A stretch of DNA of 25,775 nucleotides, taken from an uncultured Thermodesulfobacteriota bacterium. GTDB taxonomy: Bacteria > Desulfobacterota > GWC2-55-46. The notes beneath the pieces were generated by a model, which worked only from the letters and a program-made list of their open reading frames with translations, was not told the origin of the DNA and ran no database searches. Below, one piece after another: positions 16,170 through 24,876 of this stretch. The DNA lies in assembly GCA_964508625.1 (NCBI GenBank), contig CAZDUP010000002.1, forward strand, positions 1-25,775, given 5' to 3'. How positions within the stretch are numbered: the stretch's first letter is position 1; each line of letters opens with the position of its first letter. The position numbers and the translations under genes were made by a program.

Positions 16170-19100
16170 ATGCTTTTTCAGATGAAAGACGTCCTTTCAA
16201 TGGGAGAAAAGGAGGCCTCCTCGAGGCTCGGTTCCATCGGCTTTGCTGACGGAAGCCTTGCCTTCAGGAACCTGCGTTCCCTTTCAACAGGCCCTCTTTC
16301 GGGCAGAGTAGATACCCTTCTGAGCCTCTCTCTGGCTTCTCCCTCGCCTGACGCTGCCCTCAATAATTTAGAGACAATCGCCTCGGTTGCCGGCCCGTTC
16401 ACAGGCAATCTTACGGATGATGAGCTAAGGGGCCTCATTACCATCTGCGGCTCTTCGGCCTTTCTAACGGGCATAATCTCGAAGAGCCCCGATTATCTCG
16501 GCTGGCTATTTTCAGGCGGCCTCTTTACGGAACGAGACGGCGAATCCCTTAAAAGAGAGATCCTTGAGAGGACAAGGGCGCTATCCACTGTCGATGAGGT
16601 CTCACGCGAGATACGCCTTTTCAAGCAGAAAGAGTACTTGAGGATAGGCTCAAGGGACCTTCTGCGCATAGCGGACGTGGTCAAGACCACGAGGGAGCTG
16701 TCTGACCTCGCCTCAGCCTGCCTCGAGGCTGCCATCGATTTCTCTTCAAGGCATCTCAAGGCTTCATACGGCTCTCCGCTCTATGCAGAGGCCGAAGGCG
16801 AAGAGCCCAGAGAGGCGGAGTTCGTCTGCATAGGCTTGGGGAAACTCGGCGGCAGGGAGCTGAACTTCTCTTCAGACATAGACATCCTATATATCTATTC
16901 CTCTGACAAAGGCGAGACAACGGGCCTGGAGGGCAACGAGCAATCACGGATAAGCCTGCACGCCTTTTTCGTGAAGCTCTCCATGCTTGTCACAAAGCTC
17001 ATCTCGAACGTCACGGACGAGGGCTTTGCCTTCAGGGTGGACCTTGACCTCAGGCCCGAGGGCAGGAGCGGGGACGTGGCCAATTCTCTCCGGAGCGCGG
17101 AAGTCTACTACGAATCATGGGGGCAGACCTGGGAGAGGGCAGCTCTCATAAAGGCCCGGCCTGTTGCCGGGTCAGAGGCACTCGGGGATGAATTCCTCTC
17201 CATGATACGCCCCTTTATCTACAGGAAGTATCTCGACTTCACGGCAATAGAAGAGATAAAGAGCATGAAGGAGAAGATAGACCTGAGCCTTCTCCGGAGA
17301 AACCCGGATGCCATAGACGTCAAGCTCGGCGCAGGGGGCATAAGGGAGATCGAGTTCTTCTGCCAGGCCCTGCAGCTCATCCACGCGGGCAAGGACCCTG
17401 AAGCAAGGGAGCGCAATACCCTTGCTGCCATAAAGAAGCTCTCTGCAAAGGGGCACATAAAAGGTGACGAAGCAGAACGCCTCACAAAGGGCTACGTTTT
17501 TCTACGCGACCTCGAGCACAGGATACAGATAGTCGAGGGTCGGCAGAGCCAGGCAATACCCGCAAAGGAAGAAGCACTCGAGCGGCTTGCGCGGATGATG
17601 GGCTTTGCGCCCGGCGAGGACAAAAAGGCGGCGCCTGCCTTCTGGGAGGAGTACAAGGCTGTAACCTCAGGCGTGCACAGCGTCTTCAGGTCGCTCTTCT
17701 ACAGGTCCGAGGAGGGCGAGGAGACACCCGGCGAGCTTAAGCTCCTGCTTTCGCCCGAGCTTCCGAAGGAAGAAGCTCTTTCGCGCCTTACTGAACTTGG
17801 ATTCAAGGACGCTCAAGAGGCATGCAGGAACATGGGGTTACTGCGCGAAGGCCCGCAGTTCATACACTTGAGCGCAAGGGCGCGCGTCATATTGCAGAAG
17901 CTCGCCCCCATATTCCTCTCCCGGGTCCTCTCCTCTCCAGACCCTGACAGGAGCCTTGCGCACCTCGAACGCTTCATATCCTCGATAGGCGCGAGGACCA
18001 CCTTCTATTCGCTCCTGTACGAGAACCCCGGCGTCCTGAACGAGCTGGTAAAGCTCTTTGGCACGAGCGTATTCCTGTCGCGCGACTTGATCGAGCACCC
18101 GGAGAGCCTGGACCTCCTTCTTTCGGCAGAGCTCTCGATACCTTACAAGAAGCGCGGACAGATAATGGAGGCCTTCATGCAGGAGGTCTCCTCAGGCAAG
18201 GAGTACGAAGAGGTGCTCGACGGCCTGAGGCGATTGAAGAGCCAGGAGCTTTTTAGAATCGGCCTCAACGACATAGCGGGCAGCCTCACGCCGAGGCAGG
18301 TCTCTCTCCAGATGACCTTTGTGGCAGAGGCGAGCCTCGAAGCGTCGATAAAGGTAGCCAGAGACGGCCTGCGTGAGCGCTACGGAGATGCGCCCCATGA
18401 GGCGAGCTTCGCCATCATAGGCATGGGCAAGTTAGGCGGCAGGGAGCTCATATACGGCTCTGACCTAGACATAATATTCGTCTACTCAGCGCCTGATGAA
18501 GCAAAGACAAGCGGGCCGAAGGAGCTATCTGCCCACGAGTACTTCGTGAAGCTCGGCCAGAGGATAATAAGCGCCCTCACCCTGCGGACACGGGAAGGGT
18601 ACATCTTCAATGTGGACGCGAGGCTCCGTCCTTCTGGCTCAGCTGGCCCGCTCGTCGTCTCAGAGGTGGCCCTTTTAAATTACCATTCAGGCCAGACGCT
18701 CGTTTGGGAGAGACAGGCCTTGACCCGCAGCCGCGCCGTTGCAGGGGATTTGGCTTTCGGCTGCTCCCTGGTGCAACGTCTATGGGACGCCCTTTACAAG
18801 AAGCCCCTTACAAAGGCTGACATCGATGAGATGCTTCGCGTTAGAAAGCGCATGGAAGATGAAATTGCGAAGGAAAACACGAACCGGTATAATATCAAGA
18901 CCGGCAAGGGCGGCATCGTTGACGTGGAGTTCCTTGTGCAGGCCATGCAGCTCAAACATGGACACGAAAAAAAGGGCCTGCGCACGCCGTACACGCACAA
19001 GGCCCTTCTGAGGCTCAGGAAGGAAGGGCTCGTGGATGAGTCGTCCTGCATGGCCCTTGCTGGCGCGTACTCGTTCATGCGCCTCATCGAGACCCGCCAG

Positions 19101-19316
19101 CGCATTGTCCACGACAGGCCCGAGGGCTATCTATACAAGGACTCGGACGAGCTACTGACGCTGGCGCGCCGGAGCGGCTATTCCGGTACGGATGCCGCGG
19201 CGGTTATGATAAGGGATTACGAGACTGCTGCCCAAAGGGTCAGGGGGATTTACAGCTCCACCCTGGAGTCTCTAAAGCAGGTTCCGGCCTCAAACCGGAC
19301 GGAGGGACCTATTTGA
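16170..19316 (+). CDS. glnE: Bifunctional glutamine synthetase adenylyltransferase/deadenylase
   Basis: Two nucleotidyltransferase repeats: GLGKLGGRELNFSSDIDI...VDLDLRPEG and GMGKLGGRELIYGSDLDI...VDARLRPSG. Start 16170 has AAGGA upstream (ORF track 16089). Confidence 0.97.
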   Translation: MLFQMKDVLSMGEKEASSRLGSIGFADGSLAFRNLRSLSTGPLSGRVDTLLSLSLASPSPDAALNNLETIASVAGPFTGNLTDDELRGLITICGSSAFLTGIISKSPDYLGWLFSGGLFTERDGESLKREILERTRALSTVDEVSREIRLFKQKEYLRIGSRDLLRIADVVKTTRELSDLASACLEAAIDFSSRHLKASYGSPLYAEAEGEEPREAEFVCIGLGKLGGRELNFSSDIDILYIYSSDKGETTGLEGNEQSRISLHAFFVKLSMLVTKLISNVTDEGFAFRVDLDLRPEGRSGDVANSLRSAEVYYESWGQTWERAALIKARPVAGSEALGDEFLSMIRPFIYRKYLDFTAIEEIKSMKEKIDLSLLRRNPDAIDVKLGAGGIREIEFFCQALQLIHAGKDPEARERNTLAAIKKLSAKGHIKGDEAERLTKGYVFLRDLEHRIQIVEGRQSQAIPAKEEALERLARMMGFAPGEDKKAAPAFWEEYKAVTSGVHSVFRSLFYRSEEGEETPGELKLLLSPELPKEEALSRLTELGFKDAQEACRNMGLLREGPQFIHLSARARVILQKLAPIFLSRVLSSPDPDRSLAHLERFISSIGARTTFYSLLYENPGVLNELVKLFGTSVFLSRDLIEHPESLDLLLSAELSIPYKKRGQIMEAFMQEVSSGKEYEEVLDGLRRLKSQELFRIGLNDIAGSLTPRQVSLQMTFVAEASLEASIKVARDGLRERYGDAPHEASFAIIGMGKLGGRELIYGSDLDIIFVYSAPDEAKTSGPKELSAHEYFVKLGQRIISALTLRTREGYIFNVDARLRPSGSAGPLVVSEVALLNYHSGQTLVWERQALTRSRAVAGDLAFGCSLVQRLWDALYKKPLTKADIDEMLRVRKRMEDEIAKENTNRYNIKTGKGGIVDVEFLVQAMQLKHGHEKKGLRTPYTHKALLRLRKEGLVDESSCMALAGAYSFMRLIETRQRIVHDRPEGYLYKDSDELLTLARRSGYSGTDAAAVMIRDYETAAQRVRGIYSSTLESLKQVPASNRTEGPI

Positions 19317-21697
19317 AGGACGGAAACGGCGACCTGGCTCAGATCGGCCTGCCAAGGCTTCTGCATAATATCTTTCTCAGGAAAGACGAGGGGGCTGTGC
19401 TCGACATAGCCCGTGAGCCGATAAAAAAGAGGTTTTTCTTCAGGAGGGGCTTCCCGGTTGCCGCGAGCTCGAACATCCTGGGAGAGGTCCTGGGCAGGCT
19501 CCTCATGCAGGAGGGCATAATAACCCAGAAGGAGTACGAGGGCTCGCTTGAGGTGGTGCTGCGCGAAAAGAAGAGGCACGGCGAGGTCCTCATCTCAATG
19601 GGCCTCATAAGCCCGCAGCAGCTCGATGAGTTCCTGCGTTTGCAGTTGAAGAGAAGGCTTCTTAAGATCTTCGACTGGGAGGAGGGCTCCTACAGGTACG
19701 TTGTCACGAACCTCTCAAACCCGCTGCCCGCAAACCCGCTCCACCCGGCGGAGCTCATCCTTGAGGGCATAAGCCTCGGCTTCTATCCGGTCTCGAAAAT
19801 AAGGGCTGACTTGAAGCCCCGCCTTGAAAAGAAGCTCTTTTTATCTGAAAGCAGCCCGTACAGGCTCGACGACTTCAAGCTGAACCTCCAGGAGAAGAGG
19901 TTCATAGAATCGCTCTCCACAGAGGCCTCGCTCGAGGACGCGCTCTCCGCATCCGACCTTTTGCGACACAGGGCGCTCTCCATAGCTTTGAGCCTTATCT
20001 TGACCGGCTTTCTGACCGATTCGGAAGCGGCCGGGTCGAGAACGGCCGAGATGAGCGTTGAAGAGTCCGGGTCAACAAATCCGCCCGAAGCGCAGGTCGA
20101 CTCGAAGCTCAATGCCGAGCTCCTTTTCATGAAGGCAAAGACCTCCCTTCAGAAAAAGGACTTCCGGCAGGCCATGGAGATACTTGGCGAGATAACGGAC
20201 CTCTCCCCTGGCGAGGGCGAGTACTGGGCCCATCTCGGATGGGCCATGTACAATGACGACCCGACGAGGATCGCGGAGGCTGAAAAGCTCATCAAGGACT
20301 CCATAGACCTCAACAACGACCTCGACAGCGCCTGGTTCTTCCTCGGCAGGATACTCCTTGCCCAGGGCAAGGCCGCGCTTGCCAAAAAGGCCTTTGCAGG
20401 CGCGTTGCAGAGGAACGCGTGGAATACGGAGGCCCTCTCTGAGCTCAAAAGGATCGAGATGAACGGCGATAGCGCTGACCCGTTCAGTCTCTATCCTTCT
20501 GAACCCCTTCTCTCAACCGGGCAGGCAGCTGCGCTTGAAGCGCTTCTCAAGGCAGTGAGGAAGCATACGGGGCCGGTCCTCATCGAGGAGGCGGAAGGCT
20601 CGGGCAAGACGACGCTCTTATTGGAGCTCCTAAAAAGGCTCTCTTCGGACAAGGTCCTCGCTGCCGTGATGACAAAGCCGCCTTCAAGGGAGATAGAGCT
20701 TATAAAAGAGATAAACTCGGCGGTCGGCTCGCCGAGCGATGCGCCCACCGTAAAGGAACAGCTCCTGAACCTCGGAATGAGGGTCTCCCAGAACAAGATC
20801 CAGGGCGGGCAGAGCGTAATAGTAATCGACGAGGCGCATACGCTCTCCCCCGGGTGCTTGAAGCTCGTCCAGTACCTCACGAGGCTCAAGACCCTGCAGA
20901 TAGTCCTATTCTCGGCACCCGGCCTCTCGGAGAGGCTTAAATCCCCTGATTTCAAGGAGCTCGATGAGAGGCTTGCCGTGAGGCTCTCTCTCGGCCTGTT
21001 CTCAGTGAATGAAGCAGCCTCGCTCATCTCCTCCCGCGCGCCTGAGGGTGCTGCAGGCATTGAGGGCGCGAGCATATTCGGCAAGACCGGCGGCCTGCCG
21101 GCAGCGCTTTTGAAGGAGGCCTCTGCTGTCCTTGACAGGATGAGGGCAACAGCCCTGCCTGCAATGGAGCAGGAGGAAGAGCCTGCCTTTGAGACTCCAT
21201 TGCAGGATGTCATAGAAATAGACTACGAGGACTTCTCCTTCCAGGCGCCTGTTGAGGAGAAAGCCCCTCAGGAGAAGATGGCCGGGGAAAGACCAGAGCA
21301 AGCGCCAACGCCTGTCAAGGCTCAGGCTCCTGTCGAGAAGCAGGCCCTGCCCACTGAAAAAGAGGCGCCAGCACCCGAGGTAATGTCTCCGGTTGAAAAG
21401 ACCGCCGAAATCGAAAAGCCCCGGAAAAGGGGGCTCCTGCGTCTCATATTCTGGATAATAGTTATGCTCGCCGTGGGCCTCGCCGCAGGCTCGCTGATAG
21501 GGACCTACTGGTTCAACCAGCAGACCCCGGAGGTCGTTGAGCCGCCTACTCCCCCTGCGCCAGCGCAGATAGAGCCTGTGGAGCCTGTGACCCCGCCCGC
21601 TGCGCCGGCCGAGATATCCGGCGAGCCCGCTGATGCTGTAGTTGTGCCGCAGGATGCGGGCGAGCCACTTGACACAATGCCCGATGACGGTAAATAG
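19313..21697 (+). CDS. Multidomain protein: DUF4388-like + TPR + ExeA/GspA-like AAA domain + linker + C-terminal TM
   Basis: KKRFFFRRG...SSNILGEVLGRLL...FDWEEGSYRY (DUF4388-like); EYWAHLGW...AWFFLGRILLAQG (TPR); EAEGSGKTT and VIVIDEAH (AAA); hydrophobic LIFWIIVMLAVGLAAGSLIG; TTG start overlaps the glnE stop. Confidence 0.75.
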   Translation: MKDGNGDLAQIGLPRLLHNIFLRKDEGAVLDIAREPIKKRFFFRRGFPVAASSNILGEVLGRLLMQEGIITQKEYEGSLEVVLREKKRHGEVLISMGLISPQQLDEFLRLQLKRRLLKIFDWEEGSYRYVVTNLSNPLPANPLHPAELILEGISLGFYPVSKIRADLKPRLEKKLFLSESSPYRLDDFKLNLQEKRFIESLSTEASLEDALSASDLLRHRALSIALSLILTGFLTDSEAAGSRTAEMSVEESGSTNPPEAQVDSKLNAELLFMKAKTSLQKKDFRQAMEILGEITDLSPGEGEYWAHLGWAMYNDDPTRIAEAEKLIKDSIDLNNDLDSAWFFLGRILLAQGKAALAKKAFAGALQRNAWNTEALSELKRIEMNGDSADPFSLYPSEPLLSTGQAAALEALLKAVRKHTGPVLIEEAEGSGKTTLLLELLKRLSSDKVLAAVMTKPPSREIELIKEINSAVGSPSDAPTVKEQLLNLGMRVSQNKIQGGQSVIVIDEAHTLSPGCLKLVQYLTRLKTLQIVLFSAPGLSERLKSPDFKELDERLAVRLSLGLFSVNEAASLISSRAPEGAAGIEGASIFGKTGGLPAALLKEASAVLDRMRATALPAMEQEEEPAFETPLQDVIEIDYEDFSFQAPVEEKAPQEKMAGERPEQAPTPVKAQAPVEKQALPTEKEAPAPEVMSPVEKTAEIEKPRKRGLLRLIFWIIVMLAVGLAAGSLIGTYWFNQQTPEVVEPPTPPAPAQIEPVEPVTPPAAPAEISGEPADAVVVPQDAGEPLDTMPDDGK

Positions 21698-21748
21698 TCT
21701 ATTGGAGCCCAAGCGTGCCAGATAATAAATACCTTTAAAAGGAGACCT

Positions 21749-22990
21749 ATGGCTGGCGTATTCGACAACGTGCTCCTCTCCCTTGAGAAGGCGAACAACC
21801 ACCTTTTGCTTCCGCAAGGCATCATGAAGAGGCTCCGCACGCCAAGGCGCTCTCTCCTCGTCTCGGTCCCTGTAAAGATGGATGACGGGTCCGTTAGCTT
21901 TTTTGAAGGCTTTCGCGTACAGTACGACTTTGCGCGCGGCCCTGCCAAGGGCGGCATAAGGTTCCACCCCAGGGTCAACCTCGACGAGATAACGGCGCTT
22001 GCTGCTCTCATGACATGGAAATGCGCCGTGGTCGATATTCCGTTCGGCGGCGCAAAGGGCGGCGTGGCATGCGACCCGACCATTATGAGCAGAGACGAGC
22101 TCGAACGCCTCACCAGGAGATATACCTACGAGATAGGCCTGCTCATAGGCCCTGAGTCGGATATACCGGCCCCTGACGTCTATACCGACGAGCAGATCAT
22201 GGCCTGGATGATGGACACCTATTCGATGATGAAGGGCTACTCTGTGCCGGGCGTTGTCACCGGAAAGCCCGTCTCTCTCGGAGGCTCGCTCGGCAGGGGC
22301 AAGGCAACCTCCTTTGGCCTCGTCATCACCGTTATCGAGGCCTTGAAACACCTCAATATGAAGATGGACGGCCTCACTGTTTCTATCCTGGGCTTTGGCA
22401 AGGTCGGCTACAACGCGGCCAAGATACTTTCGGACGCTGGCGCGAAGATAATCGGCCTTGCCGACTCAAAGGGCGCCACATACAACCCTCAGGGCCTTGA
22501 CGTGGACGAGGTCTCGAGACACAAGCGCGCGGCAGATACGGTCCACGGCTTCAAGGGCGGCGAAGACCTCACAATGGACGAGCTCATCTCCATAGAGACA
22601 GACGTGCTCATTCCCGCTGCCCTTGAAAACCAGATAAACGGCTCCAACGCATCCTCTGTAAAGGCCCGCATCATAGCCGAGGGCGCAAATACGCCGCTTA
22701 CGGCAGAGGCGGATGAGCTCCTTACCTCAAAGGGCGTATTCATCATCCCCGACATACTCGCCAACGCGGGCGGCGTGGTCGTCTCCTACTTCGAATGGGT
22801 GCAGGACCTCCAGAGGTTTTTCTGGGATGAGGCAGAGGTGGATGAGCGCCTTACGACCATCATGAAAAGGGCCTTCAGGGAGACAGCTGCCATATCCTCA
22901 TCAAGGAAAATAGACATGAGGACCGCTGCAATGGTCCTTGGCGTAAAAAGGGTGGCTGAGGCGGTGGAGACCCGCGGCCTCTATCCTTGA
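21749..22990 (+). CDS. gdhA: Glu/Leu/Phe/Val dehydrogenase, most likely glutamate dehydrogenase
   Basis: GPAKGGIRFHP, MTWKCAV, PFGGAKGG, DIPAPDVYT, GFGKVG, AEGANTP, PDILANAGGVVVSYFEWVQ; AAGGAG RBS. Confidence 0.93.
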   Translation: MAGVFDNVLLSLEKANNHLLLPQGIMKRLRTPRRSLLVSVPVKMDDGSVSFFEGFRVQYDFARGPAKGGIRFHPRVNLDEITALAALMTWKCAVVDIPFGGAKGGVACDPTIMSRDELERLTRRYTYEIGLLIGPESDIPAPDVYTDEQIMAWMMDTYSMMKGYSVPGVVTGKPVSLGGSLGRGKATSFGLVITVIEALKHLNMKMDGLTVSILGFGKVGYNAAKILSDAGAKIIGLADSKGATYNPQGLDVDEVSRHKRAADTVHGFKGGEDLTMDELISIETDVLIPAALENQINGSNASSVKARIIAEGANTPLTAEADELLTSKGVFIIPDILANAGGVVVSYFEWVQDLQRFFWDEAEVDERLTTIMKRAFRETAAISSSRKIDMRTAAMVLGVKRVAEAVETRGLYP

Positions 22991-23023
22991 ACAAGGCTGC
23001 TCCGGAAGGTGCCCTGCGCGCAC

Positions 23024-23047
23024 AAAAAATGCGGCGCCCAAGGCCGC
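23024..23047 (-). terminator. Terminator-like hairpin oriented for a minus-strand transcript
   Basis: Minus strand GCGGC-CTTGGGC-GCCGC followed by ATTTTTT; short stem. Confidence 0.4.
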
Positions 23048-23121
23048 TCTGGACCCAAGTGCCCGTAATCTATATCAAAATATTTCTTTTCAAAATTATT
23101 CCTTTTTTCCTCTCAAAAGCC

Positions 23122-23150
23122 TTGAAATCCGGGGACCACTCTGATAAATT
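23122..23150 (+). promoter_or_regulatory. dnaA promoter (sigma70, extended -10)
   Basis: TTGAAA (23122-23127) - 17 nt ending in TGA - TAAATT (23145-23150); AT-rich tract upstream. Confidence 0.65.
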
Positions 23151-23173
23151 GGCTCCCTACTAAAAGACCCCAG

Positions 23174-23205
23174 TTATCAACATCTGTGAATAACTCTGTG
23201 AATAT
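23174..23205. promoter_or_regulatory. Three DnaA boxes in the dnaA leader (probable autoregulation)
   Basis: TTATCAACA (23174-23182, +), TTATTCACA (23185-23193, -), ATATTCACA (23197-23205, -). Confidence 0.8.
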
Positions 23206-23285
23206 CTTCCGGCAGTGATGCGTTCTGGTAGTAGTCAGTCGCGCTATCCAGTTCCTCCCCAGACAGCCGGAGCCCTTGGTGCATA

Positions 23286-24620
23286 ATGGATTCCGAAGCT
23301 ATCTGGAAAAGCTGCCTTTCAATCGTCTCTGCCCACGTCAGTCCCCAGCACATCGCAACCTGGTTCAAGCCAATTAAGGCTTCTGGCAACGGCTCCAATC
23401 TCCTCGAGCTCGAGGTGCCGAACCGCTTTTTCCTCGAATGGATAAGGGAGCATTACCTCCCCTTGATCGAAGAGGTGCTCCGCAAGGCCTCGAAGAAGGA
23501 TATCTCCATCTCCTGGAAGATAGGAGACGAGCCAGAGGCCCCGGCAGCACCCAAAAAAAGGGAAAAGGAATCGAGCAAGGCCCCCAAGCAGGCGGGCCTC
23601 AACCTGAACCCCAAGTACACCTTCGAGAACTTTGTCGTTGGCAAGGCAAACGAGTTCGCTCACGCCGCATGCTCGGCCGCCGCAAACCACCTGGGCAGCA
23701 AGTATAACCCTCTTTTCATCTACGGCTGCGTGGGCCTGGGAAAGACGCACCTCCTGCAGGCAATAGGCCAGAAGGTCCTGCAGTCAAACCCCGGCGCCAA
23801 GGTCTGCTATTACACCTCAGAGCGCTTCGTGAACGATTTCATCAATTACGTAAGCCGCCAGAAGATGAGCGAATTCAGGAGCCGCTTCCGCAACGTGGAC
23901 GTCCTTCTCATCGACGACATACAGTTCTGGGCAGGTAAGGAAGGCACGCAGGAAGAGTTCTTCCATACCTTCAACACTCTTTACGAGAACCACAAGCAGA
24001 TAGTCGTCACGAGCGATAAGTTCCCCAAAGACCTCGACGGCCTCGAAGAAAGGCTCCGCTCGCGCTTTGAATGGGGCCTGGTCGCGGACATCCAGCCGCC
24101 GGACATGGAGACCAAGATAGCCATCCTGCGCAAAAAGGCGAAGGTCGAAGGCGTGCGCCTCGCAGACGACGTTGCCGGCTGGCTCGCCGAGATTAGCGGC
24201 TCGAACGTAAGGGAACTCGAAGGCTTTTTGAACCGCATAATCGCTGTCTCGAGCCTCACCAACAGGGACATCGACCTCAACATGGCAAAGGACGCCCTCA
24301 AGCACCTCGTAAAGGAAAAAGAGGATAAGGTCGTCACCATAGATGAAATACAAAAGGCCGTCGCCTCGTTCTATGACATAAAGTTCTCGGAGCTAAAAAG
24401 CAAGAAAAGACACAAGAACATCGCGCTCCCACGGCAGATTGCCATGTACATGGCAAGAGAGTTCGGCGGCTTCTCGTTCCCGGAAATCGGCTCGTCATTT
24501 GGCGGCAAAGACCACTCCACCGCCATACACGCCTGCCGAAAGATAGAACGGGAACTTAAGGAGAACTCCGAGATCAAACAGGCCGTACGCTCCCTTAAGC
24601 AGAATATAGGGATAAGGTGA
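23286..24620 (+). CDS. dnaA: Chromosomal replication initiator DnaA
   Basis: LNPKYTFENFVVG, YNPLFIYGCVGLGKTHL, LLIDDIQF, TQEEFFHTFN, RLRSRFEWGL, NVRELEG, GGKDHSTAIHA. Confidence 0.99.
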   Translation: MDSEAIWKSCLSIVSAHVSPQHIATWFKPIKASGNGSNLLELEVPNRFFLEWIREHYLPLIEEVLRKASKKDISISWKIGDEPEAPAAPKKREKESSKAPKQAGLNLNPKYTFENFVVGKANEFAHAACSAAANHLGSKYNPLFIYGCVGLGKTHLLQAIGQKVLQSNPGAKVCYYTSERFVNDFINYVSRQKMSEFRSRFRNVDVLLIDDIQFWAGKEGTQEEFFHTFNTLYENHKQIVVTSDKFPKDLDGLEERLRSRFEWGLVADIQPPDMETKIAILRKKAKVEGVRLADDVAGWLAEISGSNVRELEGFLNRIIAVSSLTNRDIDLNMAKDALKHLVKEKEDKVVTIDEIQKAVASFYDIKFSELKSKKRHKNIALPRQIAMYMAREFGGFSFPEIGSSFGGKDHSTAIHACRKIERELKENSEIKQAVRSLKQNIGIR

Positions 24621-24876
24621 CGGAAGGCTTTCTTGAGGGAAACCTTTTTACAGATTCAACAGCCTTACCAACATTCGGGCTTGGGGGTGTTGGTAAGTAG
24701 GTACGGGGTGTGGAAAGTTTTTTGATGGTGTTGACATTGTGCGCTGGGGGCTGGATATATCAACAGGGAAGCCTGGCCTATTTGATTTGAGTTTTGCGGG
24801 GTTGTCGTGTTATCAACATACCAACAGCCCCTACTACTATCTACTACTAAGTATTTAAATTCTTTTATAGGAGAAG
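24621..24876. other. oriC: Replication origin oriC (dnaA-dnaN intergenic)
   Basis: At least 7 DnaA-box-like 9-mers, then GCCC, CTA repeats (24831-24849) and an AT-rich tract before dnaN. Confidence 0.88.

Noticed and set aside
21002-22351. 449-aa minus-strand ORF antisense to the fusion gene and gdhA
   Set aside because: Spans two strongly supported sense genes; no domain-like sequence.
22995-23016. SRP RNA-like motif (CCGGAAGG; AGCAGCC on the opposite strand)
   Set aside because: The GGAA tetraloop and the CAGG/AGCAGC elements fall on different strands; no enclosing long helix.
23070-23093. Minus-strand TTG-AAA-AGA start resembling rpmH (MKR...)
   Set aside because: Stops after 7 codons (MKRNILI); no L34 similarity.
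23229-23234. GTAGTA trio-like repeat in the dnaA leader as a second unwinding site
   Set aside because: Only about two trios, no correctly oriented adjacent DnaA box and no AT-rich tract.
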